64,000 bases of DNA from Planctomycetota bacterium. Its GTDB lineage: Bacteria; Planctomycetota; Planctomycetia; Planctomycetales; Planctomycetaceae. A program made the translations under genes and the position numbers. Position 1 is the first letter of the stretch; each line of letters begins with the position of its first letter. The stretch is from contig QQVO01000013.1 of assembly GCA_003388505.1 (NCBI GenBank), positions 134,896 to 198,895 of the forward strand. The letters are read 5' to 3'. Below the pieces are notes generated by a model. That model searched no databases, had not been told where the DNA came from, and saw nothing but the letters and a program-made list of their open reading frames with translations. Positions 54,952 to 64,000 of this stretch are shown here, piece by piece.

Positions 54952-55575
54952 TCACGCGACCGCGACTCGATCCAAATCTGAGAAAGGATAGTGTCCATTC
55001 TGCTTGAGCAATTGCAGCAGTTGCTCTCCCCCGTTTTCCCGCGCGTACTCCATTTCCGACCGAAAGATCTCGACCAGCGCCAACAGACCAAAGGTGTCGC
55101 CGTCGTGCAACTTGTGTCTTGCATAATCGGCGAAAACCAGACACCGACCCCCCAGCTTCTCCATGTTGGCTGGAAACTCACATGTTTCACGAGGGTTCAA
55201 CGTTGCCTGCGCACTGTAAGGCGCCATGCAATTCAAAATGGCGTTGATCGATCCGTGTGCGCGACCGAACGCGGTTGATGCATCATGCACCGAATCGAGG
55301 TCGAGAGCGTGGCGGGTAAACATTACGAGTTCGTACCGGTCGTACACGTCGTTCCGCGAGCACTCGTCGAGGTCTTCACTCAATTCCTTCGTGGCGATCG
55401 CTGTCCCTGAAAGTCCGTTCGGAAAGTAATACAGATCAAGGCCGCCGCCGATCGCATAAGGGATGATCGCGTGCATAACAACGTCATGCTCGGGTCCGAG
55501 CGACTTTTCCATGAGCGATGACTTGAGATCGTACCACTGATCGGACAGTCGTTCATCATCATTTGTGGATGCCAT
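54952..55575 (-). CDS. SUFU-like domain protein (an immunity-protein-like family), tentative
   Basis: HDVVMHAIIPYAIGGGLDLYYFPNGLSGTAIATKELSE resembles the bacterial SUFU domain. The start is at MASTNDDERL (55575) with a GAGGA RBS. Confidence 0.45.
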   Translation of the reverse strand: MASTNDDERLSDQWYDLKSSLMEKSLGPEHDVVMHAIIPYAIGGGLDLYYFPNGLSGTAIATKELSEDLDECSRNDVYDRYELVMFTRHALDLDSVHDASTAFGRAHGSINAILNCMAPYSAQATLNPRETCEFPANMEKLGGRCLVFADYARHKLHDGDTFGLLALVEIFRSEMEYARENGGEQLLQLLKQNGHYPFSDLDRVAVA

Positions 55576-55747
55576 AAGAGTCCTCACTTTCCCAGCTTCG
55601 AACGATGTACGAATCACGGTACGCGCGAACATCCTACTACGAATCGTGTCTCCGATTGAATCAAGTGCGGCGTCGATGCCACGTCGATTCGCATTCTCAA
55701 GTCGCAAACGTCGTCGGTCCGGGGCCGGGCCCCGGGAGAGGTCAAAG

Positions 55748-56854
55748 ATGTTCATCCTCAAGCGTTACAAGATCCGCAGCTACGAAATGGGTCTGTCCTT
55801 CCGCGACGGCGAGTTCCGCGGTCTGCTCGGAACGGGTACGCACTGGTTCCTCGACCCGTTGGGCAAGGTCCGCGTGGACGTTGTCAGCCAGCGTGATCCG
55901 TGGCTGGTCCACGAAAAGCTCGACCTGATTGTGAAGTCAGGTGCACTGGCTGAGCGCGCAGTGGTCCTGGACCTCAAGGACCACGAGCGGGCTTTGGTCT
56001 GGATCGAGAACCGGTTCAGCCACATCCTGCCGGCCGGTCTGTACGCCTATTGGACCGGCCAAAAGGACGTCCGCGTCGAGGTGATCGATGCGCGCAACGT
56101 GCGGTTCGAGCACGAGGACCTGAAGGTCATCGCCCGCTCGACGATGGCGCAGCGCGTGCTCGACGTCTGCACGATTGGCCGTGATCACGTCGGCGTACTG
56201 TTCATCGACGGCCGATACGTCGACACGCTGGCGCCGGGTCTATACGCCTTCTGGAAGGGTCAGTCCGAAGCCCGTGTGGTCGAAGTCGACCAGCGCGAGA
56301 CGATGGTCGATATCGGCGGTCAGGACATCATGACGTCGGACAAGGTCTCGCTGCGGCTCAACGCCGTTGTGACCTACCAGGTTGCCGACGCCCGTCGGGC
56401 CGTCACGCAGACCGACGACGTTCGTCAGGCGCTCTACCGCGAAACGCAGCTCGTGCTGCGGGCCGTGGTCGGGGCCCGCGATCTCGACACGTTCCTCACG
56501 GAGAAGGACGCCGTGGCCAAGGAAGTCGAAGAGGACGTTCGGCGTCGGGCCGGCGGATTGGGTCTGGAAATTGCCTCGGTTGGCATCCGCGACGTGATCC
56601 TGCCGGGCGACATGAAGGACTTGATGAACAAGGTCACGGAGGCCAAGAAGGCAGCCGAGGCCAACCTGATCTCGCGGCGTGAGGAAACGGCCGCCATCCG
56701 CAGCCAGGCCAACACGGCCAAGCTGCTGGCGGACAACCCGGTCCTCATGCGACTGCGAGAACTGGAAGTCCTCGAGAAGATCGCCGCCAACGGCAAGCTC
56801 AACATCGTCACCGGCGAGAACGGGCTGGCCGACAAGATCGTCAACCTGCTGTGA
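55748..56854 (+). CDS. SPFH/Band-7 domain protein (stomatin/HflC-like)
   Basis: GGGAGAGG RBS. The SPFH core is present (VSLRLNAVVTYQVADARRAVTQTDDVRQALYRETQLVLRAVVGARDLDTFLTEKDAVAKEVEE) and a C-terminal coiled coil follows. Confidence 0.8.
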   Translation: MFILKRYKIRSYEMGLSFRDGEFRGLLGTGTHWFLDPLGKVRVDVVSQRDPWLVHEKLDLIVKSGALAERAVVLDLKDHERALVWIENRFSHILPAGLYAYWTGQKDVRVEVIDARNVRFEHEDLKVIARSTMAQRVLDVCTIGRDHVGVLFIDGRYVDTLAPGLYAFWKGQSEARVVEVDQRETMVDIGGQDIMTSDKVSLRLNAVVTYQVADARRAVTQTDDVRQALYRETQLVLRAVVGARDLDTFLTEKDAVAKEVEEDVRRRAGGLGLEIASVGIRDVILPGDMKDLMNKVTEAKKAAEANLISRREETAAIRSQANTAKLLADNPVLMRLRELEVLEKIAANGKLNIVTGENGLADKIVNLL

Positions 56855-56925
56855 CGATCGCGGTGACGCAAGTTCGCGCCCCCGATTCGACCGTTCGAAT
56901 CTGGGGCGTTTTGCTATTTCGGGTG

Positions 56926-57021
56926 GCCGGGGCTGGACTGAGCGAAGCGAAGGAAGCCCCGGTCGACCGGCAACTCACGGACACCGGGGCTTCACTCCCC
57001 TTGGTCACTCCAGCCCCGGCC
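56926..57021. other. nested long palindrome between convergent genes (GGCCGGGGCTGGA...TCCAGCCCCGGCC enclosing GAAGCCCCGGT...ACCGGGGCTTC)
   Basis: Outer arms are 13 bp and inner arms about 11 bp. There is no U-run. It could be a bidirectional terminator or a REP-like structure. Confidence 0.4.
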
Positions 57022-57055
57022 ACCCCGTGGAGTCTCGGCGACGTCGCCCGCGGAC

Positions 57056-58447
57056 TCATTCGTCAGCGAGAGCACGCAGCAACCCCGCGGCCTTATGCAA
57101 GGTCTCTGCGTACTCGGCAACCGGATCGGACTGCGCCACAATGCCGCCGCCGACGCCGCAGGAGACCCAGCCGCCGCGCTGGACGAGGGTGCGGATCAGG
57201 ATGTTGCTGTCGGCCTGACCGTCGAAGCCGGCGTAAAACAGGCTTCCGCAATACGGCCCGCGGGCCAGCCGCTCCATTTCGGTGATGATCTCCATCGCCC
57301 GAATCTTCGGCGCCCCAGTGATCGATCCCCCGGGAAACGCCGCCGCCAGCAGGTCGAAGAAATCACGGCCGTCCCGCAATTCGCCGCGCACTTCGGAGAC
57401 GAGATGCTGCACCGTTTCGTAGGTCTCGACGGCGCACAGTTGCGGGACGCGAATCGATCCCGGCTTGCAGACGCGCGAGAGATCGTTGCGGAGCAAGTCG
57501 ACGATCATCACGTTCTCGGCCCGGTCCTTGTCGCTCTCCCGCAGTTCGTCGCGGGTGAAGAGGTCGGCCTCGGGGGCCGGTCGCCGCTGGCGCGTCCCTT
57601 TGATGGGGCGCGTCTCGACCACGCCGTCGTCTAGGCGCATGAACCGCTCGGGAGAAGAACTGAGTACGGTCCAGTCCTCATGCGCGAAGAATCCGGCGAA
57701 GGGGGCCGGGTTGCAGGTTCGCAACCTGCGATAGAGTTCCAGCGGTTCATGTCGCGCACGGGTCGCCAGCCGCTGGGCGAGATTCGCCTGAAAAACATCC
57801 CCCGCCTCGATGTAGCCGATCACGGTCTCAACCGCGTCCAGGTAGCTTTCCCGCGAAAAATTGCTGAACAGACCCGGATGGCCGTCGAGTGCATGCACAG
57901 TTCCACGCGGCGTGAGCCTCTCGCTCATCGCGTCGCGGTTTGGTTTGTGCGAACGATCGCCCAGCATTCGTTTCACCGAAGCGATGCGCTTTCGCGGATC
58001 TCCGTCGAAGTCATGAGCAATCAGCCACGCCCTCCCTTCGGAGTGATCCCAGGCGAGAACCCAGTCGTAGATGCCGACGACCAGCGCGGGGATCCCGAAG
58101 TCGTCCAGTTCCGGCTGCGGAAGTCGCTCCCAGCAGCGGCCGAGTTCATACGAAAGCAGCCCCGCCGCTCCTCCCTGAAACGGCGGCAGACCGGGAATCG
58201 TCGCAGCGTGAAACTCCGCCAGCGCCTCCCGCACGGGCGCGAACGGATCGACCCCGCACTCCGCCTTCTCCAGCACGAACTGCCGCCGCGGCTCGGCGGT
58301 CAGGAACGAAGACCGTCCCAATTCGCCGACTCGCCGCGCGCTTTCCAGCAACACAACTCCCGGACGATCCGCCAGGGCCGAAAGTGACGCGAAGACATCC
58401 GGAGCGGGCGAGACTTCTTCGACAACGGGCGACGAAGTGCCGGGCAT
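57056..58447 (-). CDS. pabB: aminodeoxychorismate synthase component I (chorismate-binding enzyme family)
   Basis: The chorismate-binding core is present (LSSSPERFMRLDDG..., GSITGAPKIRAMEIITEMERLARGPYCGSLFY). PIKGT has Lys, as in PabB (TrpE has Ala). The first ATG is at 58447; a GTG at 58501 is an alternative. Confidence 0.7.
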   Translation of the reverse strand: MPGTSSPVVEEVSPAPDVFASLSALADRPGVVLLESARRVGELGRSSFLTAEPRRQFVLEKAECGVDPFAPVREALAEFHAATIPGLPPFQGGAAGLLSYELGRCWERLPQPELDDFGIPALVVGIYDWVLAWDHSEGRAWLIAHDFDGDPRKRIASVKRMLGDRSHKPNRDAMSERLTPRGTVHALDGHPGLFSNFSRESYLDAVETVIGYIEAGDVFQANLAQRLATRARHEPLELYRRLRTCNPAPFAGFFAHEDWTVLSSSPERFMRLDDGVVETRPIKGTRQRRPAPEADLFTRDELRESDKDRAENVMIVDLLRNDLSRVCKPGSIRVPQLCAVETYETVQHLVSEVRGELRDGRDFFDLLAAAFPGGSITGAPKIRAMEIITEMERLARGPYCGSLFYAGFDGQADSNILIRTLVQRGGWVSCGVGGGIVAQSDPVAEYAETLHKAAGLLRALADE

Positions 58448-58519
58448 CGCTGGAGAATCGCTCTCTACCGGAATCTGCGGCCCATCGATCTGTGTCGTCA
58501 CAGACGATTCGCGGCCATC

Positions 58520-59329
58520 TCAGAACGCCCCCACTTCCTCACCAGCGTCGTACGTGGACAGCGCCTTCAGCACATCCGGATCGATGTCGCCGGAGAGGAA
58601 CTGCACACTGCCGTCCATGAACAGCATGTTCGCGCCCGGTTCCCCGTAATCTCGCCCGAACGTGTCCGGTCCGACCCGGATGCCGCCCGCCGGATCCCGC
58701 ACATTGGTCGGATCTCCCCACGCCTTGTATCCCGCTCCCACTTCGCCGGCCAGCAAGGTGTAAGAAGTCCCGTCCAGGACATCCCGAATTCGAATGTTGC
58801 TGTTCGGGAAGAGGACATTTGAATTTCCCGCATAGTGGCTCGCGGCAAAGCCGTCGGCCGCGTACTGCTGCGATTCGTCCGTCGGATGCAAATACTGCGG
58901 AACGACGGTCCGAAATGCATCCGCATTCACCGGATCGGTCCACGGATAATCGGAATCGATCCGATTGTAGAGCGGAGCCGCGTCGACATAGGGAAGGATC
59001 TGGAACTGCCAACTGTGATATGCGGTTTCGTCTTCACCGTAGATGCCTCCCGGAGGAAACGTCAGATGGGCGTCGTGATAGTTGTGCAGCGCAAGACCGA
59101 TGATCTTGAGGTTGTTCTTAGACTGCGTGCGTCGCGCCGCTTCGCGCGCCTGCTGCACCGCTGGCAGCAGTAGCAGAATGAGGCCACCACAGCCCAGCAG
59201 CAGCGTTCCGCCGACCACCGCCAGGATGATAATCACAACCGTCTTCGTGTCGGTCTCGCCAGACCGCCACTGGGCAAGCGTCCGGCGGATCGCACGCGGA
59301 TGACTCAAGGCAAGACGAAACGGCTTCAT
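58520..59329 (-). CDS. DUF1559-like protein lacking the prepilin cleavage motif (variant paralog a)
   Basis: [86 protein letters not shown]. There is no G-FTLIE, but the central and C-terminal DUF1559 pattern is retained. Confidence 0.7.
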   Translation of the reverse strand: MKPFRLALSHPRAIRRTLAQWRSGETDTKTVVIIILAVVGGTLLLGCGGLILLLLPAVQQAREAARRTQSKNNLKIIGLALHNYHDAHLTFPPGGIYGEDETAYHSWQFQILPYVDAAPLYNRIDSDYPWTDPVNADAFRTVVPQYLHPTDESQQYAADGFAASHYAGNSNVLFPNSNIRIRDVLDGTSYTLLAGEVGAGYKAWGDPTNVRDPAGGIRVGPDTFGRDYGEPGANMLFMDGSVQFLSGDIDPDVLKALSTYDAGEEVGAF

Positions 59330-59377
59330 GGCCCCTCTCCCAACTGTTGTTCTATTCTCGCCGATACAACGAGCCCT

Positions 59378-60205
59378 TCAAAACGCTCCCACCATCTCCC
59401 CGCCGTCCGGCGTGGAGAGCGCTTCGAGCGTGGCGGCGTCGATGTTCTCTGACACGAATCGCACGCTGCCGTCCATCAGCAACATGTTGCATCCGCCCGG
59501 CGACTGGCTGCCGAAACCGGCCGGTCCGGCGTTGATGCCGTTGGCCGGGTCGCGCACGTTGGACGGATCGCCCCAGGGAACATAACCGGACGCCACCTCT
59601 CCGGCCACGATCGTATTCGACGTGCCGTCGGTGACGTCGCGAATCGACAGTTCACTGTCCGGCAACAAGACCTTTTCATTCCCCGCGTAGTGGCTGAGCG
59701 CATAACCCTGTCCGTCGAACTGCTGCGGCTCGGAGGGATGCGTGTACGTTGGAATCAGAGTCTTGAACTGGCCGGAGTTCTCCGCGCTGTCCCACGGACT
59801 TTCCATGTCGATTGAGTTGTACAGCGGACCGTATTCGAGGTACGGCAACAGATGCGTCTGCCAGCTATGCAGCGGAGTGCCGTCGGCGGCGTGCGTGCTA
59901 CCCGAGACCCACATCCCTTCCACATCGTGGAAGTTGTGCATCGCCAGCCCGATCTGCTTCATGTGATTCATCGACTGCGACCGCCGCGCCGCCTCCCGTG
60001 CCTGCTGGACCGCGGGTAATGTCAGTCCGCCTCCCACGAACAATCCCATTACCACGAAAAGTCCGCATCCTAACAACACAAGCCCGCCAACGACTGCCAC
60101 GATAATGATGATCACCGTCTTGCTGTCCGTCTCACCTCGACGGATGTGCGAGACCGATCGTCCGATCGCCTCGGAGAGCTGGAACGAATTGCGATGCGGC
60201 CTCAT
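59378..60205 (-). CDS. DUF1559-like protein lacking the prepilin cleavage motif (variant paralog b)
   Basis: AGGAG RBS with 7 nt to the ATG at 60205. MRPHRNSFQLSEAIGRSVSHIRRGETDSKTVIIIIVAVVGG...LPAVQQAREAARRSQSMNHMKQIGLAMHNFHD. The N-terminus parallels paralog a. Confidence 0.7.
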   Translation of the reverse strand: MRPHRNSFQLSEAIGRSVSHIRRGETDSKTVIIIIVAVVGGLVLLGCGLFVVMGLFVGGGLTLPAVQQAREAARRSQSMNHMKQIGLAMHNFHDVEGMWVSGSTHAADGTPLHSWQTHLLPYLEYGPLYNSIDMESPWDSAENSGQFKTLIPTYTHPSEPQQFDGQGYALSHYAGNEKVLLPDSELSIRDVTDGTSNTIVAGEVASGYVPWGDPSNVRDPANGINAGPAGFGSQSPGGCNMLLMDGSVRFVSENIDAATLEALSTPDGGEMVGAF

Positions 60206-60333
60206 GGCAGTTACTCCTGGGATCGCGGTGCGAGCCTCTCGTTGCGGCAATGTTGATCTGTGCAAGGAAACAAAGCCCGCCGGCTGCGACCGGCGGGAAC
60301 AAGTGACACAGCAGTCACCTCTCTACTGTCCTG

Positions 60334-63099
60334 CTATTCGCCCGCCTCTTCACCGGCCGCTTCCGCCGGTGCAAAATCGCCCGCCACAGCCAGTGTAAAC
60401 TGTTCGGGAACGATCCATTCGCCGAACGCCGCGTTGACATCCTTCGCCGACAGGCCCAGAATCTCGTCCCGCAACACGGCGTAATAGGTCATGTCGCGGT
60501 CCGCCTGCAGCAATCCCGCGAGCGCCAGGGCCAAGTGTGCGTCGTTTGACCAGTTGACTTTCTGCCGTTCGAGATAACCCGTCTGGGCGGCGGCCAGTTC
60601 CTCCGCCGTCACGCCCTGCTCCAGCAGCAGGGCCAGTTCCTCGCTGATGACCGCCTCGACCTTCCCCATGTTGGCGGGGTTGGTAATCGCATAGATCGCG
60701 AAGGTGGTCCGCTCGTCGAGCGACTGCGCCGTCAGGAACGCCCCCACGCCGTACGAGAGGCCCTCGTTCTGCCTCACCCGGTTGCCCAATCGGGACGAAA
60801 GGCCGCTGCCGCCGAAAATGTCGGCCGCGATCACGAGCGCCCCGTAGTCGGGATTCTGATCGTCCATTGGAAAGACGGTCGCCGCAAAGTAAGTGGCGTT
60901 CTCCTTGTCGGGCGTCAGGATCTCGATCCGCTCGCCGTCCTGTTCCACGCGGCCGGTCCGCTCGATCCAGGCGTACTCGTGCGGCGACGTCCAGTCGGCC
61001 AGCATCTCTTCGACGATGGGACGCACTTCGGCCGTGTCAAAGTCCCCCACCACCGCCAGTTCGCCGTGTGTCCCTCCCAGAAACTGCTCGTACAACTCGA
61101 CGACCTCGCTCAACTCGAGCGCCTCGAACCGTGCCACGTTCTCCGGGATCGAATGGACGTACCGCGGATGTTCCGGCGGATACGGATTGATGGCGCGGGA
61201 AATCGCGTTCTGAGCGAGTGCTGTGGGATCGGTCAACTGCTTCGCGTAGGCTGCCGACAACTGCGTCCGCACGATGTCCAGTTCTTCGGCGGGCAGCGTC
61301 GGCTCGCGGAGAATCTGCCTCAAAATGTCGAGCACCGCCGGCAGCGTGTCGCGTCGCGCCTCGACCGTGAAGGTCAACTCCCCGGCGGCGCCGGTCGGGA
61401 GAATCGTCCCCCGGTTGCGGTTGAGCGCGTCCTGAATTTCCGCCCGCGACATCTCTTTCGTCCCGCGCATCATCAGTCCCGGCAGAACCTCACACGCCGT
61501 CAGCCGCCCGCTCAGACTCTCTTCATCCCCGAAGCGGAGCGTCAGCCGCAGCTTCACGGAATCTCCCCGCGTCTCTTTTGGGAGAAAGGCCGCCTTCACG
61601 CCGCTGGGCAACGTAGCCGATTCCGTCCGCGCCTGGATGTTCTCCGCCGAGACGTCAAACGCTTCGCCGGTCGCCAGGCCCTCGCGTCCCTGGTAATCGC
61701 CGATCATCTCGGCCAGATCGGGCGTGGGCGGAACGACCGACCGTTGCGGCTTCTCCGTCGGCAGAAACAACCCGACCGTGCGGTTGTTCCGCTCCAGGTA
61801 TTTCTCGGCGACGGCCTGAACGCTCTCCGGCGTCACCTCCTCCAGCCGGTCCCGGTACAGAAACATCAGCCGCCAGTCTCCCTGGGCGGCCCATTCACTG
61901 AGCTGAATCGCCACCCGGGCTGAGTCATTCAGGGCCTGCTCCCACTGTTTCATCCAGTGCAGCTTCGAGCGTTCGACCTCCTCTTCCGTCACTCCCTCCT
62001 CGGCGACCGTCTCAACCACCTCGGTCATCGTCGAGAGCACGTCGTGCGGATCGTTTCCCGGCGCGACCTCCGCCATCAACCGGAGAATCCCCGGATCGTG
62101 CAGCGCGAACGCCGCACCGGTCACGCTGGACGCCCGCTGCGTCTCAACCAGCGCTTTGTACAGTCGTCCCGACGGCGATCCGGTGAGGATATGTTCCAGC
62201 ACGTCGATCGAGACGTAGTCCGGATGCGGTCCGGACGGGATGTGATACATCAGCCCGGCCATCGCCACGTCCCCCACCCGGCGGAGCGTGACCAGGCGCT
62301 CTCCATCCTGCGGCGGTTCTTCGGTGTAGGTGTCCCGCAGCGGTTCTTCCGGCGCCGGGATCGCCCCGAAATGCTCCTGCACCAACGCCAGCGCCTGCTC
62401 CGGATCGAACTGACCGGCGATGATCAGCATCGCGTTGTCGGGACGGTAATACTTCCGGTAAAACGCCCGCAGGTTCTCGATCGGAACCCGCTCGATGTCG
62501 GCCCGGTTGCCGATCGTCGACTTGCCGTAGTTGTGCCATTCAAAAGCCGCCGCCATCATCCGCTGGGCGAGAATGCTGCTTGGCGAATCCTCGCCCCGTT
62601 CGAACTCGTTGCGGACGACCGTCATCTCCGACTCCAGGTCTTCCGCCTTGATGAAGCTGTTCACCAGCCGGTCCGCTTCCAGGCGGATGGCGAATTCAAG
62701 GTTCTCCTCACTCGCCGGCAGCGTCTCGTAGTAGTTCGTGCGGTCCAGCCAGGTGGTGCCGTTGAACACGGCGCCGTGGTCTTTGAGCGCCTTGGGAATC
62801 GAATTCGGCTCGGGGAACTCGGGCGTTCCCTTGAACAGCATGTGCTCAAGCAGGTGCGCCATGCCGGCTTCGCCGTAGCCTTCATGCCGGGATCCGACAA
62901 ACACGGTCAGGTTGACGGTGACCTGCGGCTTCGACGGATCGACGAAGAGCAGCACCTTCAGCCCGTTATCGAGCCGGAATTCCGCGATCCCCTCCACGGC
63001 GGTCACAAACTGGGGCGGGTCCGCCCGGCCGGTCGACGCGGTCGAAAGCATAGCAATCCCTGCAAGGAGGATGGTCCGAGTCAGGCGCGAAGTGCACAT
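60334..63099 (-). CDS. M16-family (pitrilysin/insulinase-like) zinc metallopeptidase with two M16 units
   Basis: Signal peptide. The inverted zinc motif HLLEHMLFKGT (HxxEH) is present, and a duplicated M16 active/inactive domain pair follows. Confidence 0.85.
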   Translation of the reverse strand: MCTSRLTRTILLAGIAMLSTASTGRADPPQFVTAVEGIAEFRLDNGLKVLLFVDPSKPQVTVNLTVFVGSRHEGYGEAGMAHLLEHMLFKGTPEFPEPNSIPKALKDHGAVFNGTTWLDRTNYYETLPASEENLEFAIRLEADRLVNSFIKAEDLESEMTVVRNEFERGEDSPSSILAQRMMAAAFEWHNYGKSTIGNRADIERVPIENLRAFYRKYYRPDNAMLIIAGQFDPEQALALVQEHFGAIPAPEEPLRDTYTEEPPQDGERLVTLRRVGDVAMAGLMYHIPSGPHPDYVSIDVLEHILTGSPSGRLYKALVETQRASSVTGAAFALHDPGILRLMAEVAPGNDPHDVLSTMTEVVETVAEEGVTEEEVERSKLHWMKQWEQALNDSARVAIQLSEWAAQGDWRLMFLYRDRLEEVTPESVQAVAEKYLERNNRTVGLFLPTEKPQRSVVPPTPDLAEMIGDYQGREGLATGEAFDVSAENIQARTESATLPSGVKAAFLPKETRGDSVKLRLTLRFGDEESLSGRLTACEVLPGLMMRGTKEMSRAEIQDALNRNRGTILPTGAAGELTFTVEARRDTLPAVLDILRQILREPTLPAEELDIVRTQLSAAYAKQLTDPTALAQNAISRAINPYPPEHPRYVHSIPENVARFEALELSEVVELYEQFLGGTHGELAVVGDFDTAEVRPIVEEMLADWTSPHEYAWIERTGRVEQDGERIEILTPDKENATYFAATVFPMDDQNPDYGALVIAADIFGGSGLSSRLGNRVRQNEGLSYGVGAFLTAQSLDERTTFAIYAITNPANMGKVEAVISEELALLLEQGVTAEELAAAQTGYLERQKVNWSNDAHLALALAGLLQADRDMTYYAVLRDEILGLSAKDVNAAFGEWIVPEQFTLAVAGDFAPAEAAGEEAGE

Positions 63100-63297
63100 A
63101 CAGAACAGCCTTGTTCAAAGGTCCAAAGGAAACCCGGCGAAACGCCCCTCCAGGCTCGATGGTCGCGCGAAGCGGCTTCTCAATACGGAAGCTTATGGAG
63201 CGCACGTCCCGCTGCAAAGGGGACCAACGGTGATTTGCGACCGAAAGACACCCCGGTTCCACTCGAAACCGGGTTTCTCAAACGCGGTCAGCGCTGC

Positions 63298-64000
63298 CTA
63301 ACGTGCCCGGCTTTGCAAGACGGGAACCATCCCCAGCAGCAGCCCGACGACCAACCCGGCCGAGTGCGCGTGGTTCGCCACGCCCCCCACGATCCCCAAT
63401 GAACAGATAATCATCCAGATCAGAAAGAACACCGCCGTCTGCGGCGGGATGAAGTAAGGCGACCCGACTTCGTACTTGCTACGAATCCAGGTGTACCCAA
63501 ACAGTCCGAATCCCACGCCTGACATTCCGCCGAACGCTGCGTCTTTTACGAAGTACTGAATGAGATTTGAGATGACGGCGATCATCAATACAAGCAGCAG
63601 CAGTCTCAAACTCCCTTGTGTCCGCTCAATCATGCCCCCAAGGACTGCTGTCCAGTACATATTGAAGACCAGATGCCAGACGCCGAGGTGAAGAAAGATC
63701 GGAGTGACCAACCTCCAGATCTCTCCGGACCTCACCCGATGCAGCGAATTCTCCACGTTCCAGCTATCGTCGCCCGCATTGGATGCGTCGGTAATTGTGA
63801 GCCAGCGACCCACAGGATCCAGTTGCATTCCATAACCGGACAGGAGCGTCACGGCGACACTGATCGCAACTAGCGATATGGTCAGCCGCAACTGCAGAAT
63901 CGGCGGACGCTCCCAGCGGTCCCGCAGCCGGATCTGCCGCTTCTTCGCGGCAATTTCCGCCTGAATCTTCGCCTCGCGCCGTCGTTCGGCCTGCTTCGCC
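63298..64000 (-). CDS. rhomboid-family intramembrane protease, 5'-partial (N-terminus beyond the window end)
   Basis: GMSGVGFGLFGY (GxSG) and ANHAHSAGLVVG (catalytic His) are present. The reading frame stays open upstream of the listed TTG start (…AKQAERRREAKIQAEIAAKKRQIRLRDRWERPPILQ-LRLTISL…) to position 64000, so the true start is outside the window. Confidence 0.7.
   Translation of the reverse strand, partial: AKQAERRREAKIQAEIAAKKRQIRLRDRWERPPILQLRLTISLVAISVAVTLLSGYGMQLDPVGRWLTITDASNAGDDSWNVENSLHRVRSGEIWRLVTPIFLHLGVWHLVFNMYWTAVLGGMIERTQGSLRLLLLVLMIAVISNLIQYFVKDAAFGGMSGVGFGLFGYTWIRSKYEVGSPYFIPPQTAVFFLIWMIICSLGIVGGVANHAHSAGLVVGLLLGMVPVLQSRAR

Noticed and set aside
57680-63402. Plus-strand ORFs over pabB and the M16 peptidase (57680-58387, 57940-58620, 60979-61923, 61957-63402)
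   Set aside because: They are shadow ORFs antisense to genes with diagnostic motifs (PIKGT; HxxEH).
1-64000. CRISPR arrays, rRNA genes, prophage structural genes
   Set aside because: There are no short direct-repeat/spacer arrays, no rRNA-like conserved stretches, and no capsid, terminase or integrase-like ORFs. A hoped-for integrase next to the tRNA-like gene was specifically looked for and not found.

Overview
High-GC (~65%) chromosomal segment with the hallmarks of a Planctomycetota genome, probably Pirellulales-like. The hallmarks are prepilin/DUF1559 proteins, a DUF1501 plus DUF1549/DUF1553 pair, PSCyt1 cytochrome domains, sulfatases, a YTV cysteine-rich repeat protein, and PQQ-dependent sugar dehydrogenases fused to DUF1080 or cytochrome c. 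I call about 50 protein genes on both strands. Many long antisense 'shadow' ORFs typical of high-GC DNA were rejected. Other calls are a tripartite efflux operon at the left edge (MacB-like permease, HlyD adaptor, TolC-like outer membrane factor), RNase III, one IS110-family insertion, an Rrf2 regulator with a perfect palindromic operator in its own promoter, one aberrant tRNA-like gene, several rho-independent terminators, and two families of dispersed structured intergenic repeats. No rRNA and no CRISPR array are present. I see no single conventional 'system' that stands out. The most unusual signals are: (i) two ~300-nt intergenic elements with multiple hairpins that are preserved by compensatory substitutions; (ii) a tRNA-like gene with an Arg-type class-I body but a CGA (Ser) anticodon and a mismatched acceptor top, followed by an island-like set of genes that includes an overlapping small-protein plus nucleotidyltransferase pair and a SUFU-like protein; (iii) a 25-codon lysine-rich micro-ORF with a clean RBS and terminator; (iv) unusual fusions and variants, namely a DMT transporter fused to a class-I amidotransferase, DUF1559 proteins without the prepilin motif, and a membrane-anchored ATP-grasp protein. 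All functional calls rest on motif recognition by eye, since no searches could be run.
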